64,000 nucleotides of DNA from NCBI RefSeq assembly GCF_006345805.1, contig NC_043001.1, positions 88,412,001-88,476,000 on the forward strand. Reading direction: 5' to 3'. Position 1 is the first letter of the stretch. Each line of letters starts with the position of its first letter. This document shows, in pieces, positions 62,501-64,000 of this stretch. The notes beneath the pieces were generated by a model. The model saw only the letters and a program-made list of their open reading frames with translations. It was not told the DNA's origin and searched no databases. A program made the translations under genes and the position numbers. This DNA is from Octopus sinensis (lineage: Eukaryota).

Positions 62501-62650
62501 AAACTTGGTACTTGAGTGGTACTTTATTTTGTTGGCCCCAGATGGATGAAAGGCAAAATTGACCTATGCAGGATTTGAACAAAGAAAGTAAAAAAACTGG
62601 AAGAAATACTGCAAAGTATTTTTTTTTGCTGACACTCTGATTCTGCTAGG
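62501..62650 (-). mobile_element. tRNA-derived SINE (family A), partial
   Basis: GTGGTACTTTATTT...GGATGAAAGGCAAAATTGACCT..GGATTTGAAC...GATTCTGCTAG. Confidence 0.7.
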
Positions 62651-62654
62651 ACCT

Positions 62655-62910
62655 AACCAAAGAGATAAGGTTCTAGAACATAAAAATGAAAGTTGTGTCT
62701 GTAACAACTGATGCACTCAGTTCAACACCTAAGTAACCACCTTAGAGATTGCATAAAATTGGAATTACAACCTGAATTGAGGGCCTGCAGAAAAGTGCCA
62801 TCCAGTAATCCTGCAAGAACCTTAACCCAAATTTTTAAGATTTGAGAAGATTTGTTTTCTTCAAATCTCAGGATAACATCTCTGCTTATAAAATTAGCAT
62901 GTAATAGCTT
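62655..62910 (+). mobile_element. R4/Dong-clade LINE 3' end running into a (TAA)n tract
   Basis: KVVSVTTDALSSTPK..RLHKIGI...GLQKSAI and a 3' UTR ending AAATTAGCATG, collinear with the minus-strand copy at 44755-44960. Confidence 0.65.
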
Positions 62911-62928
62911 ATAATAATAATAATAATG

Positions 62929-62959
<31 letters not shown>

Positions 62960-63010
62960 TAATAATAATAATGATAATAATAATAATAATAAGAAGAAGA
63001 AGAAGAAGAA
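62911..63010. repeat. (TAA)n/(TGA) then (GAA)n microsatellite
   Basis: Directly visible. Confidence 0.95.
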
Positions 63011-63414
63011 TAAAAACTCATAATCAGTTGTAACATGTTGATACTTGAATAAATAGAGCTGTAAGTGACAGGATACAATTTTGACTGTTTGCACCAATGT
63101 TTCTGTATATTTTTAACTGCAGCAGGTTCTTCATCCCTTAGTTTCAATATTTTCATCAAAAGGAAAAAAGAAAAAGTAGTAAAATAGTAAAAAATGTATT
63201 GTTATATTGTTGGCACCAACCCTATTTCCATATTGTTATCTGTCAGGAATTTTTGCTATCTTTTTAGCATTCTACAAATTTAGCAGCTTTTCTTAGACAA
63301 TCAAGGTTCTATTGTTAATACTCTTTCATTTAGCAACATTTCATAAAATGATTTAGACATTTCAAACTATCAAAAATCTAATTTAGTATTGTGAAGAAAT
63401 CTGTTTTTACCGGA

Positions 63415-63630
63415 TTGGCAGTAAATTGTCTGATTAACACATCTGATAAATGCCTTATGGTGTTTGTTATGGTTCTTTAAGTTCTGAGTTCACATCCTGC
63501 TGAGGTCAGCTTTGTCTTTCATCCTTTCAGGGTTGACAAAATGAATTACCTGTGAAGTTCTGGGTGTTGATGTACTTGACTAATCTCCTCTCCCTCAATA
63601 GCTGGCTTTGTGCCTAAATTAGAAACCATT
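63415..63630 (+). mobile_element. tRNA-derived SINE (family A), diverged
   Basis: AGTTCTGAGTTCACATCCTGCTGAGGTCAGCTTTGTCTTTCATCCTTTCAGGG...TTGTGCCTAAATTAGAAACC. Confidence 0.75.
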
Positions 63631-64000
63631 ATTAACTGTTCACATTGCATGGCTTTATAAATCTCTTGGAGAGTGTGATACATAAAATATTGGCTGTTTA
63701 CCAACAAAGCAAATCGTTGAGTTAGGAGTAAATAATAAAACTTTCTTTATTTGCCATAGTGATGATGATGATGATTTCTAATAAAAATAATCTTCCTTTC
63801 TTTGCTATTTTCTTGTTTAGTTTATGAAGATGCTTGAGGTATTAGAGTTCCAGATGTTTCAACCCATTCAATTTCAAATTCTGACAAGGTTGACATTGCT
63901 TTGTCACCTCCAGCATTAATAAAATAAATAAATGTTTGTGAGGTAGTGACTTCAGTCATTTAACTGTACACTTCACTGACAAAAAGCAATCTGATTAAAC

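Overview
AT-rich animal genomic DNA, most likely a coleoid cephalopod (Octopus-like). That attribution comes from my recall of its SINE/RTE families and is unverified. The window lies almost entirely within the introns of one + strand gene, CaMKII (Ca2+/calmodulin-dependent protein kinase II). Three small kinase-domain exons (25941-26000, 34725-34779, 59327-59392; 181 coding nt) splice in frame to [61 protein letters not shown]. The rest is microsatellite and transposon material: a young 5'-truncated CR1-type LINE, a complete Tc1 element, an old mariner-like element, RTE and R4/Dong LINE relics, at least 11 copies of one tRNA-derived SINE plus other SINEs, minisatellites and a 1.12-kb tandem duplication. 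Almost all supplied ORFs are microsatellite or antisense artefacts. I found no prokaryote-type system and no CRISPR array. The best leads are: (i) hammerhead-ribozyme-bearing Penelope/retrozyme-like islands sitting in TA tracts, especially a 334-bp terminally redundant unit at 46-461; (ii) a fold-back of a tRNA-Thr(GGT)-like repeat that switched strand at its own acceptor stem; (iii) a stop-containing decoy of the next CaMKII exon; (iv) inverted SINE pairs around exon 5. SINE family labels A/B/C are my own. All identities are hand counts, and boundaries of decayed elements are approximate.
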